A DNA stretch of 64,000 nt from a bacterium (GCA_021463485.1 JAJTYJ010000002.1:32673-96672), one strand, 5' to 3'; counted from the stretch's first letter, positions 44,203 to 54,441 are shown. The notes: a model not told the origin generated them from the sequence alone. Numbers and translations are program-made.

Positions 44203-46097
44203 TATTCTTTTGTAACTCGCCAGATCTCCTCGATCGTTGTTAACCCGTCGAGCGCTTTAAGGATACCGTCTTGGCGCATCGTAATTAAACCGTCTTGCTT
44301 TGCCTGAGCCAGGATGTCGCTATTTGACGCTCGTTTTAAGGTTAATGTTTTAACGCCTTCGGTTACTGTTAGTATTTCAAAGATACCGATACGGCCTTTG
44401 TAACCAGTTTTACCGCAAGCCGCGCAGCCAGCGCCCTTGTAAAAGGCTTTTTTCTTTGAAGCTTCGCCGCGCTCCAGCTCCGGAAGACTTTCGATCTCTT
44501 TTTTAATAAGCTCGACGTCTTCTGGTTTAACCATATCCTCCTGGCGGCATTTTTCGCAGATCTTTCGGCATAACCTTTGAGCGATGATGGCGTTTGTCGA
44601 AGAGGTGATCAAAAACGGCTCGATTCCCATATCTAACAGACGTGGCAGCGCACCGGCTGAGTCGTTGGTGTGTAGACTCGAAAGCACGATGTGACCTGTA
44701 AGCGCAGCGTTAATCGAGATGTCGGCAGTTTCCTTGTCGCGAATTTCACCAACCATTACGACGTCTGGGTCTTGTCGCAAAATTGAGCGTAAACCGCTCG
44801 CGAACGTGAAACCAATTTTAGAGTTTACCTGGCTTTGGTTGACGCCTGGCATTCGATATTCGACCGGATCTTCCATTGTTACGATATTGACGCCGTCGTC
44901 TTTAATTTGGCTAACGATAGCGTAAAGCGTCGTCGATTTACCGGAACCGGTCGGTCCGGTTACTAACGTCATACCGTGCGCTTTTTTAATATTTTCTTGT
45001 AATACGGTTAGCGACCGGCCGCGGACACCGAGCTGATCGAACGTTAACGTTCCTTTCGAGTGGTCAAGAATTCGAGCCACAATCTTCTCGCCGTTTACGG
45101 TGGGAATCGTTGAGATACGGAAATCTATTTTGTTAGCGTCGAGTAAGATCTGAATACGACCGTCTTGCGGTAGGCGAGTTTCATCGATCTTTAAATTCGA
45201 CAGAATTTTTATCCGTGAGATAAGCGCTGGCTGAACTTCTTTTGGTAGAGCCAGGACTTTGCGCAAAACGCCGTCGACACGAAACCGCACCTGTACGTCG
45301 TCTTCGCTTGGCTCGATATGGATATCTGAAGCTTTCTCGCGCACGCCGCGCTTAAGCAGTGAGCTAACTATTTTTGCGGCGGGGGACGTTTCGGTTATAT
45401 CCTCGTCGCTAACCTTTTCTTCTTGCTCTTCGATAGTCGAGATATCGTCGGTCTCAGAGTTTTCGACTAGTTCGTTTAGCTCTGATTGTAGTGCCGAATA
45501 CTGATCGAGAATATAATTAATATCTTCTTGAGTAGTTAAAAACGGTTTGAGAATTTTTCCAGAGGTTTTTCTGATGGCGTTGAACGCCTCTTCGTTCTCC
45601 GGATCGGTCATCGCGATCGAGAGTACTTTCTCTTCTAGGGCAAACGGCACAGCCTGGTATTTTTTAGCTAGATTCTCCGGAACTAGCGCCAAAATCGTTT
45701 TCGGGATAACCTTACCGTTTAATTCGATAAACTGAACGCTACTTTCACGATTGTGTAGCGGGCTGATACGAAAGTTATCTTCAACCGGCTGCTGCGGTGC
45801 TTGCGACGGCGGAGTAGAGCGAACCAGCGGCTTCAGCGTCTCACTGATGTCGAAATCCGGTGTTGTCGTTGCGGCTAGTTTAAGTACTTGTTTTTTACCG
45901 CCGAAATTTGTCTCAACTTTTCGGATCGGCAATCGGAGAAGTTTAAATGTGCCGAGTTCTGGCAGCTCAACTTTCTCACCTTCTTGAAGAGCAGCGCCAA
46001 TTACATCTGTCGCGCCGCGCAAATACGCTCGGACCTTAAAGGTCGGCATCGACGTTTTCTGACTAATTTTTTTAATAATGTCGTTAGTTACGGCCAA
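44202..46097 (-). CDS. pilB: type IV pilus assembly ATPase PilB (GspE family) with extra N-terminal HU/IHF-like domain
   Basis: T2SSE_N domain, Walker A VTGPTGSGKST, Asp and His boxes, and the C-terminal tetracysteine CRKICEKC...CAACGKTG. The N-terminal ~95 aa resemble the HU fold. TTG start preceded by a GGAGGGG RBS. Confidence 0.9.
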   Translation of the reverse strand: MAVTNDIIKKISQKTSMPTFKVRAYLRGATDVIGAALQEGEKVELPELGTFKLLRLPIRKVETNFGGKKQVLKLAATTTPDFDISETLKPLVRSTPPSQAPQQPVEDNFRISPLHNRESSVQFIELNGKVIPKTILALVPENLAKKYQAVPFALEEKVLSIAMTDPENEEAFNAIRKTSGKILKPFLTTQEDINYILDQYSALQSELNELVENSETDDISTIEEQEEKVSDEDITETSPAAKIVSSLLKRGVREKASDIHIEPSEDDVQVRFRVDGVLRKVLALPKEVQPALISRIKILSNLKIDETRLPQDGRIQILLDANKIDFRISTIPTVNGEKIVARILDHSKGTLTFDQLGVRGRSLTVLQENIKKAHGMTLVTGPTGSGKSTTLYAIVSQIKDDGVNIVTMEDPVEYRMPGVNQSQVNSKIGFTFASGLRSILRQDPDVVMVGEIRDKETADISINAALTGHIVLSSLHTNDSAGALPRLLDMGIEPFLITSSTNAIIAQRLCRKICEKCRQEDMVKPEDVELIKKEIESLPELERGEASKKKAFYKGAGCAACGKTGYKGRIGIFEILTVTEGVKTLTLKRASNSDILAQAKQDGLITMRQDGILKALDGLTTIEEIWRVTKE

Positions 46098-46169
46098 TTT
46101 CCCCTCCGTATGTATCCTAGCAAATTATGGCGTGACTTTTGAGGCGTTTCGTGGCAGTATCGTTTCAGT

Positions 46170-47654
46170 ATGTCCGCCATCTATCGACGCTACCGACCGA
46201 CCCAATTTACAGAAGTAATTGGGCAGGATCACATTACTAAAAGTCTCCAAAGCGCCCTTCAAAAGGAGATGATCGCTCATGCCTATCTATTTTCTGGTCC
46301 GCGCGGAACCGGTAAAACAACGATGGCGCGTCTCTTTGCTAAAGCGCTTAACTGTCCCAAGCGAACAAGCTCAGCTGAAGCCTGCGATAAATGTACGATC
46401 TGCCAAGAGATAAAAAACGGTAGCGCTGTCGATATTATCGAAATCGACGCCGCCTCAAATCGCGGGATCGATGAGATGCGTGAGCTGCGCGAGCGAATTC
46501 TATTTAGCCCAACCAGTCTGAAGTATAAGGTTTACATCATTGACGAAGTTCATATGTTAACCAAAGAAGCCTTTAACGCGCTGTTAAAGACGTTAGAGGA
46601 GCCGCCAGCTCACGCGATCTTTATCTTGGCGACAACCGAGCTACACAAAGTCCCTGACACGATTATCTCTCGTTGTCAGCGATTCCAGTTTCACCGCGCT
46701 TCTATCGAGTCGCTTCACAGTGTTTTAATAGACATCGCAAAAAAGGAGAAGATTACTCTAACCAACGACGCGATCGAGCTGATCGCTGAGCGCGCCGACG
46801 GCTCATTTCGGGATGCGCTGACAATTCTCGGTAGCGTCTCGGCTCACGGTAGTAACCTCGGCGCCGAACAGCTTCGGGAGATTCTCGGTTTGCCGAGTGA
46901 GCAAGTTATTGCCAAACTTTTAGAGCTCGTCATAGGTCAGGATCCGTTGGCGTTGGCGACATTTTTACAAAAACAGCTACGGGATGGTCAGGATCTGTCG
47001 GTGATGGTTCGGCAGTTGTGCGATCGATTAAAAGCAACAATTTTTGACGAGAAAGACCCGGCCGTTATCCAGAAGAACGCAACGTTACTCGAGCAGTGTT
47101 TGCTTGTCTTAGCACGCATTCGCGTCGCCACTGATCCAAACGGAATTATCGTTACCCGATTGTTGGCGCTTGTGAAATCTGGCGCTGTTCCCGGGCCGGT
47201 ACCGGTAGTACAGACCAACACTCCCACGCCGAAAGTAACAGACTTAACCAAGAAAGAGAACGAATTCGTAAACGATCAGAGCTCGACACAGTCGGTTGAT
47301 TCTGTCAGCTCTCAAGAGTCACAGCCGCTTGAGTCTAAAGATTTTTGGGGCGCGTTTCTTCTAGAGATCAAGCAACACAACCACGCACTTTACATGTTAG
47401 TTCGCTCGGCCAAGCTGTTAGAGCTCACTGATAGTAAGCTGGTGCTGGCGGTTAAGTTTCGTTTCTACTCCGAGCGTTTGTTTGAAACTAAGAACCGTAA
47501 ACTCGTTGAAGAAGCGGCCAGTAAAATTCACGGCAAGCGGCTTATTCTCGAGTGCCAAGTAAAAAGCGATATCGAAGAGGCTAAGCCGGCAAGCGGTGAG
47601 GACGTGATGAATACCGTCGTTGACGTTTTCGAGCTAGAAGAGGTAGCATCCTAG
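46170..47654 (+). CDS. dnaX: DNA polymerase III subunit gamma/tau
   Basis: RYRPTQFTEVIGQDHI...AHAYLFSGPRGTGKTT (Walker A), zinc module CPKRTSSAEACDKCTICQE, and the SRC sensor motif. Confidence 0.9.
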   Translation: MSAIYRRYRPTQFTEVIGQDHITKSLQSALQKEMIAHAYLFSGPRGTGKTTMARLFAKALNCPKRTSSAEACDKCTICQEIKNGSAVDIIEIDAASNRGIDEMRELRERILFSPTSLKYKVYIIDEVHMLTKEAFNALLKTLEEPPAHAIFILATTELHKVPDTIISRCQRFQFHRASIESLHSVLIDIAKKEKITLTNDAIELIAERADGSFRDALTILGSVSAHGSNLGAEQLREILGLPSEQVIAKLLELVIGQDPLALATFLQKQLRDGQDLSVMVRQLCDRLKATIFDEKDPAVIQKNATLLEQCLLVLARIRVATDPNGIIVTRLLALVKSGAVPGPVPVVQTNTPTPKVTDLTKKENEFVNDQSSTQSVDSVSSQESQPLESKDFWGAFLLEIKQHNHALYMLVRSAKLLELTDSKLVLAVKFRFYSERLFETKNRKLVEEAASKIHGKRLILECQVKSDIEEAKPASGEDVMNTVVDVFELEEVAS

Positions 47655-47655
47655 C

Positions 47656-49017
47656 ATGAAGAAAGATCTGATCGGCAGTAAGCTACCGCCGCAGAATATC
47701 GAGGCCGAAGCGGCGGTGCTCGGGGCGATCTTAGTTAATAAAGATGCGATGGATAAAATCGCCGATATCGTTACTGATGCCGACTTCTACCGACCCGACC
47801 ACCAGGCGATCTTCCGAGCGATTAACCGTCTTTACGAGAAGCGCTCACCGATCGATCTTGTGACATTGACGAACGAGCTCGAGTCGCTCCAACAATTCGA
47901 CGAAATTGGCGGGGCTGCCTACTTAGCGCAGTTGGTTAACGCCGTTCCGACGGCCATTCACGTCGCTCACTACGCCGAGATCGTCCGCCAGAAAGCCGTG
48001 CTCCGAAGAATACTCCAAGCCGGCTCTCGAATCTCCGAGCTTGGTTACGACGAAGAAAAGGAAATTAGTGAAATCTTGGACGAAGCCGAGAAGGCGTTGT
48101 TTAATGTGAGCCACCAATTAGTTAAAGACAATTTTATGCCGATCGCCGATATCTTGGCGAGCAGTTTCGATCGTATCGATCGTCTGCATCGCGAGAAAGG
48201 ATTGCTCCGGGGCGTCACCACTGGTTTTCGCGATCTCGACAACAAGCTCTCCGGGTTACAACCATCCGATCTCATTATCTTAGCTGCTCGTCCGAGCATG
48301 GGTAAGACAACATTTGCGCTTAATATCGCCTTAAACGCCGCCGTAAAAGGTAAAACGACGGTCGGCTTTTTCTCGCTCGAGCAAAGTAAGGAGCAGATCG
48401 TCGATCGCTTAATCTGTGCTCAAGCGATGGTTGACGGCTGGAAGCTTAGAACGGGTAATTTACACGAAGACGACTTCCCGGCGATCGGTATGGCGATGGG
48501 GACGCTGGCGGAAGCGCCGATCTTTATCGACGATACGCCGATGATGACTACGATCGACATCCGAACTCGCGCCCGTCGGCTTAAAGCTGACCATAATTTA
48601 GGTTTAGTTGTCGTTGATTACTTACAGCTGATCGATGGCGGCGCTGGCGGCAACATCGACAACCGGGTTCAGCAGGTGTCCAATATCTCTCGATCGCTTA
48701 AAGCGATCGCGCGTGAGCTCGATGTTCCGGTTGTGGCGCTCTCGCAGCTGTCGCGTGCTGTTGAATCTAGAGATAAAAAAATGCCGCAACTCTCAGATCT
48801 TCGTGATTCCGGCTCGATCGAGCAAGACGCCGACGTAGTGATGTTTTTGTATCGTGAAGACTATTACGATCGCGAAACTGAGCGTAAAGGTATTACCGAT
48901 GTGCTTATTCGCAAACATCGAAACGGTCCGATCGGAGAAGCTGAGCTTCATTTTCGAGCCGAGCAATCGCGATTCTTTGACGTCGAGCGGAAAGCCAAGA
49001 TTAACCCCAAGGCCTAA
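47656..49017 (+). CDS. dnaB: replicative DNA helicase
   Basis: PPQNIEAEAAVLGAIL at the N-terminus, Walker A ARPSMGKTT, and the RecA-like C-terminal domain. Confidence 0.95.
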   Translation: MKKDLIGSKLPPQNIEAEAAVLGAILVNKDAMDKIADIVTDADFYRPDHQAIFRAINRLYEKRSPIDLVTLTNELESLQQFDEIGGAAYLAQLVNAVPTAIHVAHYAEIVRQKAVLRRILQAGSRISELGYDEEKEISEILDEAEKALFNVSHQLVKDNFMPIADILASSFDRIDRLHREKGLLRGVTTGFRDLDNKLSGLQPSDLIILAARPSMGKTTFALNIALNAAVKGKTTVGFFSLEQSKEQIVDRLICAQAMVDGWKLRTGNLHEDDFPAIGMAMGTLAEAPIFIDDTPMMTTIDIRTRARRLKADHNLGLVVVDYLQLIDGGAGGNIDNRVQQVSNISRSLKAIARELDVPVVALSQLSRAVESRDKKMPQLSDLRDSGSIEQDADVVMFLYREDYYDRETERKGITDVLIRKHRNGPIGEAELHFRAEQSRFFDVERKAKINPKA

Positions 49018-49022
49018 AGAGC

Positions 49023-50888
49023 ATGGCTGAGAAGGACATTATTTTTGACGGTCTTAACGCTGCCCAAGCAGAGGCGGTTCGCGCAACGGAGGGGCCAGTT
49101 TTGATTTTGGCCGGCGCCGGTTCGGGTAAAACGAAGTGTCTGACCCATCGATTAGCGTATGTCGTGACCGAGAAAAAAGCCGAACTCAATCAGATCTTGG
49201 CGATCACTTTTACCAACAAAGCAGCCGGGGAGTTGGCGACACGAATCCTCGATATTCTCGGAATAACCGTCCATCACGGCAAGACGACACAATTTCAGAT
49301 TAGGCGCTACTTACCTTGGGTCGGAACGTTCCACTCGATCTGCGTGCGGCTTCTGCGCAACGAAGCGACTGAGCTCGGACTCTCACCGACATTCACTATC
49401 CTTGATTCGGACGACACGATTTCGCTGATTAAGCAAATCTGCAAAAAGAAAAATCTCGATCCGAAACAGTACTCTGCTCAAGCGATCCGCTCGATTATTA
49501 GCAACGCCAAAAACGAGTTGATGACGCCGGACGAGTTCGAGCCGTTTGCACAAGGTCACTTTCAAGAAATCGCGCACGAAGTATATGTTGAGTACCAGAA
49601 AGAACTCGGTAAGCTCTCGGCGCTGGACTTTGACGATCTAATTTTTACAACGGTCAGGCTTTTAGAGAAACATCCCCACATCGCCAAAAAGTACCAACAG
49701 CAATTTAAGTACGTGATGGTTGACGAGTACCAAGATACCAACAAGGCGCAGTACAAGCTTACTAGGCTACTAACCAATCCACAGACCAACAATCTTTGTG
49801 TCGTTGGTGACGATTTTCAGTCTATCTACGGATGGCGCGGCGCTAACTTCCATAATATTTTAAATTTTAATCGAGATTTTCCCAACACCACGGTTGTAAA
49901 ACTTGAGCAGAATTATCGTTCTACCCAAACGATCATCGACGGCGCGGCCGATATTATCGCCAAAGTTAAGCGACGTTCTGATAAAAAAATTTGGACAGAA
50001 AACACCGGTGGCGCCCCGATTACTGTTTACGAAGCGAACAACGCGTACGCCGAAGCCGACTTTATCGTCACCGAGTCGCGTTCGCTTAGAGCGATGGGAT
50101 CAAGCTGGTCGGACGTGGCGATTTTGTACCGAACCAACGCCCAATCTCGTGTCATCGAAGAAGTATTACTCGCTGAAGGCGTGCCGTATCGGTTGGTCGG
50201 AGCGCTTAGATTCTACGAACGCAAAGAAGTAAAAGATATCTTGGCGTATTTACGATATTTACGAAACGAGAACGATACACACTCGTTGGCTCGGATCGTT
50301 AACGTTCCGCCGCGCGGTATCGGCCCAAAGACGTTCGAGAAGGGTGGCGAGAAAGTGCAACAATTTCTATCCGAGATGCAGCTGCTTCGTGAATTCGTGT
50401 CGCAAAACACGCCGACTGCCAGTCTAGAGCGTTTGTTGCAGGTAACACGTTATAAGGAGTTCTTAAACGACGGAACGCCGGAAGGTGAGGCTCGGATGGA
50501 AAACGTGGAAGAGCTGCAAAATCTCAGTGCTGAATTCGAGACCGTTGAAGACTTTTTGGAGCACGTCGCACTCGTTTCCGACGTCGATAACTTCGATCCA
50601 AACGCCGACGCCGTTACTTTAATGACTCTCCACTCTTCGAAGGGTCTCGAATTTACGACAGTATTTCTAACTGGTTTAGAAGAAGGGCTCTTCCCGCATA
50701 TGCGAGCGCTTGAAGACGATTCGGAAATGGACGAAGAGCGCCGTCTTTGTTACGTCGGCATGACTCGAGCGCGCAAACGACTTTATTTAACTTGGGCGCG
50801 AACCAGAATGATTCACGGCGGCATGACTTCAACTGTACCGAGTCGGTTTCTCTCTGAAATAAGACCGGGGTTAGTCGATCGTATTTAA
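49023..50888 (+). CDS. pcrA: ATP-dependent DNA helicase PcrA/UvrD (SF1)
   Basis: LNAAQAEAV, Walker A AGAGSGKTKCLTHR, DEYQDTN, and the QNYRST motifs. Confidence 0.9.
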   Translation: MAEKDIIFDGLNAAQAEAVRATEGPVLILAGAGSGKTKCLTHRLAYVVTEKKAELNQILAITFTNKAAGELATRILDILGITVHHGKTTQFQIRRYLPWVGTFHSICVRLLRNEATELGLSPTFTILDSDDTISLIKQICKKKNLDPKQYSAQAIRSIISNAKNELMTPDEFEPFAQGHFQEIAHEVYVEYQKELGKLSALDFDDLIFTTVRLLEKHPHIAKKYQQQFKYVMVDEYQDTNKAQYKLTRLLTNPQTNNLCVVGDDFQSIYGWRGANFHNILNFNRDFPNTTVVKLEQNYRSTQTIIDGAADIIAKVKRRSDKKIWTENTGGAPITVYEANNAYAEADFIVTESRSLRAMGSSWSDVAILYRTNAQSRVIEEVLLAEGVPYRLVGALRFYERKEVKDILAYLRYLRNENDTHSLARIVNVPPRGIGPKTFEKGGEKVQQFLSEMQLLREFVSQNTPTASLERLLQVTRYKEFLNDGTPEGEARMENVEELQNLSAEFETVEDFLEHVALVSDVDNFDPNADAVTLMTLHSSKGLEFTTVFLTGLEEGLFPHMRALEDDSEMDEERRLCYVGMTRARKRLYLTWARTRMIHGGMTSTVPSRFLSEIRPGLVDRI

Positions 50889-50926
50889 TTACCGATACAC
50901 CACCAAGTTAGTGCTACAATTTAGTT

Positions 50927-51379
50927 ATGGATCAAGCCGGTATGCGACAAGAAATAACCGAACGAGTTAAGCTGTTACACCAACTCATTTATGACTCAAC
51001 TCTACTGTCAGCTTTCTTCGTAGCCTTTGGGAGTTGGTTGTATATGAACGTCCCACAAGAGGTGTTCAATTGGTATCTTTTGCTTATCCCTGTGGTGATC
51101 GCCGGCCTTGTATTTAATTACCAATCAAATCAAATGACGATGGAGGCGGTGGCCGGTTATCTGAAAAGCGCCGACGACGGCTGGGAGAAACACTACGGCA
51201 GCCACAAACAAGGCGTCCAACTGACGAGCTTTTTAAAGGTTGCGCCGCTGTTATTTCCGCTGCTACTACCGTTTTTTATAGAGCCGCTTACCGATTATCA
51301 AATGTATCTTCGTTACTTTGACTTCGCCCTTCTGTTATTTGTGATCGCTAACTTCCGCTACAAACTACTTGGTCGTTGA
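50927..51379 (+). CDS. hypothetical membrane protein
   Basis: 150 aa with four hydrophobic helices. Confidence 0.4.
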   Translation: MDQAGMRQEITERVKLLHQLIYDSTLLSAFFVAFGSWLYMNVPQEVFNWYLLLIPVVIAGLVFNYQSNQMTMEAVAGYLKSADDGWEKHYGSHKQGVQLTSFLKVAPLLFPLLLPFFIEPLTDYQMYLRYFDFALLLFVIANFRYKLLGR

Positions 51380-51415
51380 CTTTAACGCTCAAAAAAACTA
51401 CGGTGAGAACACCGC

Positions 51416-52402
51416 ATGAAACCGTCCATCGGACGCGTCGTAGTAGGAATTGGGTTAATATTATTACTCTCTGTCTTACTCGTACTCTCGTCTAGAAAAG
51501 TTACAAGAGTTGAGGCGCAAGGGTCGCCCGATCCGCTCCACCCCGTCGAAGTCTTTACGGCCGATTCGAGCGCCAAATCGTTAATTGCGGCTTTTACGCA
51601 AGCCGGTGTTACCTACTATCCAGAAGATATCGTCCAAGCGTTCCCTGATCCAGCGCTCGGTCTTGGAACGGTAGTTCGAGTCGAGCGAGCGACGCCGATT
51701 ACGATTCGAGACGGCAAGAAAACAATCCAGGTGAGGACATGGAAAAAAACAGTCGGTGAAGTACTCTCTGAGAAACGTCTAGATCTCGGTAACGAAGATC
51801 GCGTCGGACCGACTCCGATAACCCTACTACAGTCGAACATGACAGTTACAATTACCCGGGTAGCACGGACAGAAGTAGTCGAAAAAGAGATCGTTCCGTA
51901 TGAGACAGTTATTGAGAAAGACTACACCCAGTTCGTTGGTACAGATGTCGTTCTGGAGCAGGGAAAGAACGGCGAACGTGAGAAAAGGTACTTGCTCATC
52001 CGAGAAGACGGAGAGCTGGTTAGTAAAACGCTCCTACAGACAACGATAACTTTGGCTGCTCAGAAGAAGAAAGTTCGCCAAGGCTCGCTGAAACCGGTAT
52101 CGAGCCGCTGCTTGCAGTACAAAGACTGGGTCGTTGATGCTAGTAAGAAAAATGGCATCGATCCGAACGCGCTTTATTATCGAATGCAAAAGGAAAGTAG
52201 CTGTAACCCTAACTCCGTTGGTTACGGACCGGCCGGCCAAATTTACGAAGGTATGTTCCAGTACGAAAAAGGCGGTCTTTGGAATACGCTTAGCACGAAA
52301 GCTGGTTTTAGCGGCACCAGTGTCTGGGACGCCAAAGCTCAAATTTACACTACCGCTTGGGCGTGGGCGAACGGGCACCGTTCACGATGGCCTAATCCGT
52401 AG
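51416..52402 (+). CDS. RpfB-like cell-wall protein (DUF348/G5 domains + C-terminal transglycosylase-like domain)
   Basis: TM anchor; repeats of the DUF348 type (VTYYPEDIV...TVVRVERATPIT); a G5-like segment; and a C-terminal Cys-containing lysozyme-like domain (MQKESSCNPNSVGYGPAGQIYEGMFQY). Confidence 0.6.
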   Translation: MKPSIGRVVVGIGLILLLSVLLVLSSRKVTRVEAQGSPDPLHPVEVFTADSSAKSLIAAFTQAGVTYYPEDIVQAFPDPALGLGTVVRVERATPITIRDGKKTIQVRTWKKTVGEVLSEKRLDLGNEDRVGPTPITLLQSNMTVTITRVARTEVVEKEIVPYETVIEKDYTQFVGTDVVLEQGKNGEREKRYLLIREDGELVSKTLLQTTITLAAQKKKVRQGSLKPVSSRCLQYKDWVVDASKKNGIDPNALYYRMQKESSCNPNSVGYGPAGQIYEGMFQYEKGGLWNTLSTKAGFSGTSVWDAKAQIYTTAWAWANGHRSRWPNP

Positions 52403-52423
52403 TGCTTCAGGTATAATTAACCA

Positions 52424-53239
52424 GTGAAACAGAGCGAAATTCTTCGCGGATTGGCAAAATTTCCGCAAAAAAAATTAGGTCAGAATTTTTTACAGGATGA
52501 ACGAGTACTTGGCGATATTTGCGAAGCAGCAGCACTGTCTAAAGACGACACTGTTGTTGAGATCGGTCCTGGACTCGGTGTTTTAACTAGGGAACTCAGC
52601 CAACGGGCTGGTCGCGTACTGGCGATCGAACTTGATCGAGACCTAGCCGAGTACGTCCGAAATTTATCGTTACCAAATGTTACAGTCGTGACTGGTAACG
52701 CGCTCGATATCGATTGGACGATCACACTCGAAGATGAGTATAAAGTCGTCGCTAATATCCCGTACTCAATCACTTCGCCGCTACTTCGTAAAATTTTTCA
52801 TTTACCAAAACGCCCGAATAGCATTGTCTTACTCATTCAAAAAGAGGTAGCTGAGCGTATTACAGCCAAACCAGGTGATCGCAACCGCGGCTATCTGACG
52901 ATGCTCACAGAAACTAACGGTGTAGCTGAGATAGTACGGGTGGTGAAACCCGGAAGCTTTTATCCGCAACCAAAAGTTGACTCGGCGGTAGTACGGGTTA
53001 CGCCCCACGAAAATTCTAGTGAGGCTGAGTTATTTTGGCCTCCGGTCGAAGCGGCGTTTCGTCACCCACGGCAGACGGCCGTTAACGGTATAGCTAACAC
53101 ACTACATTTACCTAAGGGTACGGTTGAGCGAGTATTTGAAGAGCACGGTCTTGATCGATTAGTTCGACCAGCAGTACTAACGCTTGAACAGTGGAGAAAC
53201 GTCGCTAAATCTATTCAAAACGAGTTAAAAAAGGACTAA
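52424..53239 (+). CDS. rsmA: 16S rRNA (adenine1518/1519-N6)-dimethyltransferase
   Basis: LGQNFLQDERVL, SAM motif VVEIGPGLGVLT, and NIPY. GTG start. Confidence 0.9.
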   Translation: MKQSEILRGLAKFPQKKLGQNFLQDERVLGDICEAAALSKDDTVVEIGPGLGVLTRELSQRAGRVLAIELDRDLAEYVRNLSLPNVTVVTGNALDIDWTITLEDEYKVVANIPYSITSPLLRKIFHLPKRPNSIVLLIQKEVAERITAKPGDRNRGYLTMLTETNGVAEIVRVVKPGSFYPQPKVDSAVVRVTPHENSSEAELFWPPVEAAFRHPRQTAVNGIANTLHLPKGTVERVFEEHGLDRLVRPAVLTLEQWRNVAKSIQNELKKD

Positions 53240-53269
53240 AATTTCTCTACCTTTCCATGGAGGTGAGGT

Positions 53270-53563
53270 ATGCTCTTTAGTCAACGGAATAAAGACTGTC
53301 GAGGAACGATCCTGTCCGGCTGTGTTGCGGCAGGTGCGGTGATGGCGATCCTAATCACTTTCATCGCCAGCTTCTGGTTCGGGTGGTTCACACCGGAATC
53401 GTTGGCGCTGCTCTGGCAATCGTTCCTTAGCTTGACCAGCCTTTTCGTCCTTCTTACTATCGTCGGCTGCTCGGATTTCTTTGAGGGCGTTGCGATGGTT
53501 CCGCTGGTGATACTAGCGTGTGCTCTTGCGGGGACCGACGAAGAGCGAGAGGAGGCTTACTGA
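53270..53563 (+). CDS. small membrane protein, unknown function
   Basis: 97 aa with three hydrophobic helices; preceded by a GGAGGTGAGG RBS. Confidence 0.35.
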   Translation: MLFSQRNKDCRGTILSGCVAAGAVMAILITFIASFWFGWFTPESLALLWQSFLSLTSLFVLLTIVGCSDFFEGVAMVPLVILACALAGTDEEREEAY

Positions 53564-53572
53564 TGATGGTCT

Positions 53573-53606
53573 GGCGGCCTGGGTGTACCCGGCCGCCATT
53601 TTTTAT
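53573..53606 (+). terminator. rho-independent terminator
   Basis: GGCGGCC ... GGCCGCC perfect 7-bp GC stem, followed by ATTTTTTATT. Confidence 0.55.
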
Positions 53607-53620
53607 TAGAATAACCTGAA

Positions 53621-54283
53621 ATGTTATATATCGTTGCGACCCCGATCGGTAACTTAAAAGACATTACATTTCGAGCGATCGAGACGCTTCAAAGTGTCGA
53701 CAAAATTTATTGCGAAGATACCCGACAAACCCGAAAACTTCTTAGCGCTTACTCGATCTCTAAGCCAATCGACAGCTATCATCACCATTCTGCGCCACAT
53801 AAACTTGAAACGATTCTCCGTGAGCTCAAAAATGGTACGGAATTGGTGTACGTCACCGACGCCGGTACGCCCGGTATCGCCGATCCAGGTGGTAAATTGG
53901 TTGAGGCGTGTCGCACCGAAGGTATCACAGTCGTACCGATTCCAGGCGCCTCGGCAGTTACGACCTTACTATCCGTCGCTGGATTACCAGCAAATTCGTA
54001 CGTATTTGCTGGTTACGTCCCCACAAAGAAGGGCAGGCAAACATTTATAAAAAGAATTCTAGCCACAGACGAACCGGTGGTACTATTTGAGACTGCGCCG
54101 CGTATTCGTAAGCTACTGAGCGAACTTGAGACATTGGGAGCGACTGAACGTAAAATCATTCTTGGCCGAGAGCTCACAAAACAGTTTGAACAAATCGTAA
54201 GCGGTACGCCGCGAGAGGTTTCTGCCGAATTACCGACCCAAGTTAAAGGTGAACTTGTAATTGTTCTAGCGCCGGCAAACTAA
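53621..54283 (+). CDS. rsmI: 16S rRNA (cytidine1402-2'-O)-methyltransferase RsmI (short form)
   Basis: LYIVATPIGNLKDITFRAIETLQSVDKIYCEDTRQTRKLL and VTDAGTPGIADPG match the tetrapyrrole-methylase-fold RsmI. Confidence 0.8.
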   Translation: MLYIVATPIGNLKDITFRAIETLQSVDKIYCEDTRQTRKLLSAYSISKPIDSYHHHSAPHKLETILRELKNGTELVYVTDAGTPGIADPGGKLVEACRTEGITVVPIPGASAVTTLLSVAGLPANSYVFAGYVPTKKGRQTFIKRILATDEPVVLFETAPRIRKLLSELETLGATERKIILGRELTKQFEQIVSGTPREVSAELPTQVKGELVIVLAPAN

Positions 54284-54441
54284 AATTCTGCTAGAGTGTC
54301 GCTTAAGGTCGGAGATAATCGCACTATACAGCTGTCAACGACGACGGCTGGCGGATACCGATTCCAGGGGCAGCTAGCGTACGCGTAGCCAGTTGCTCCT
54401 TTTTCTTTACCTGTTAACTCGCTTCCGTTACCATAGCAGTG

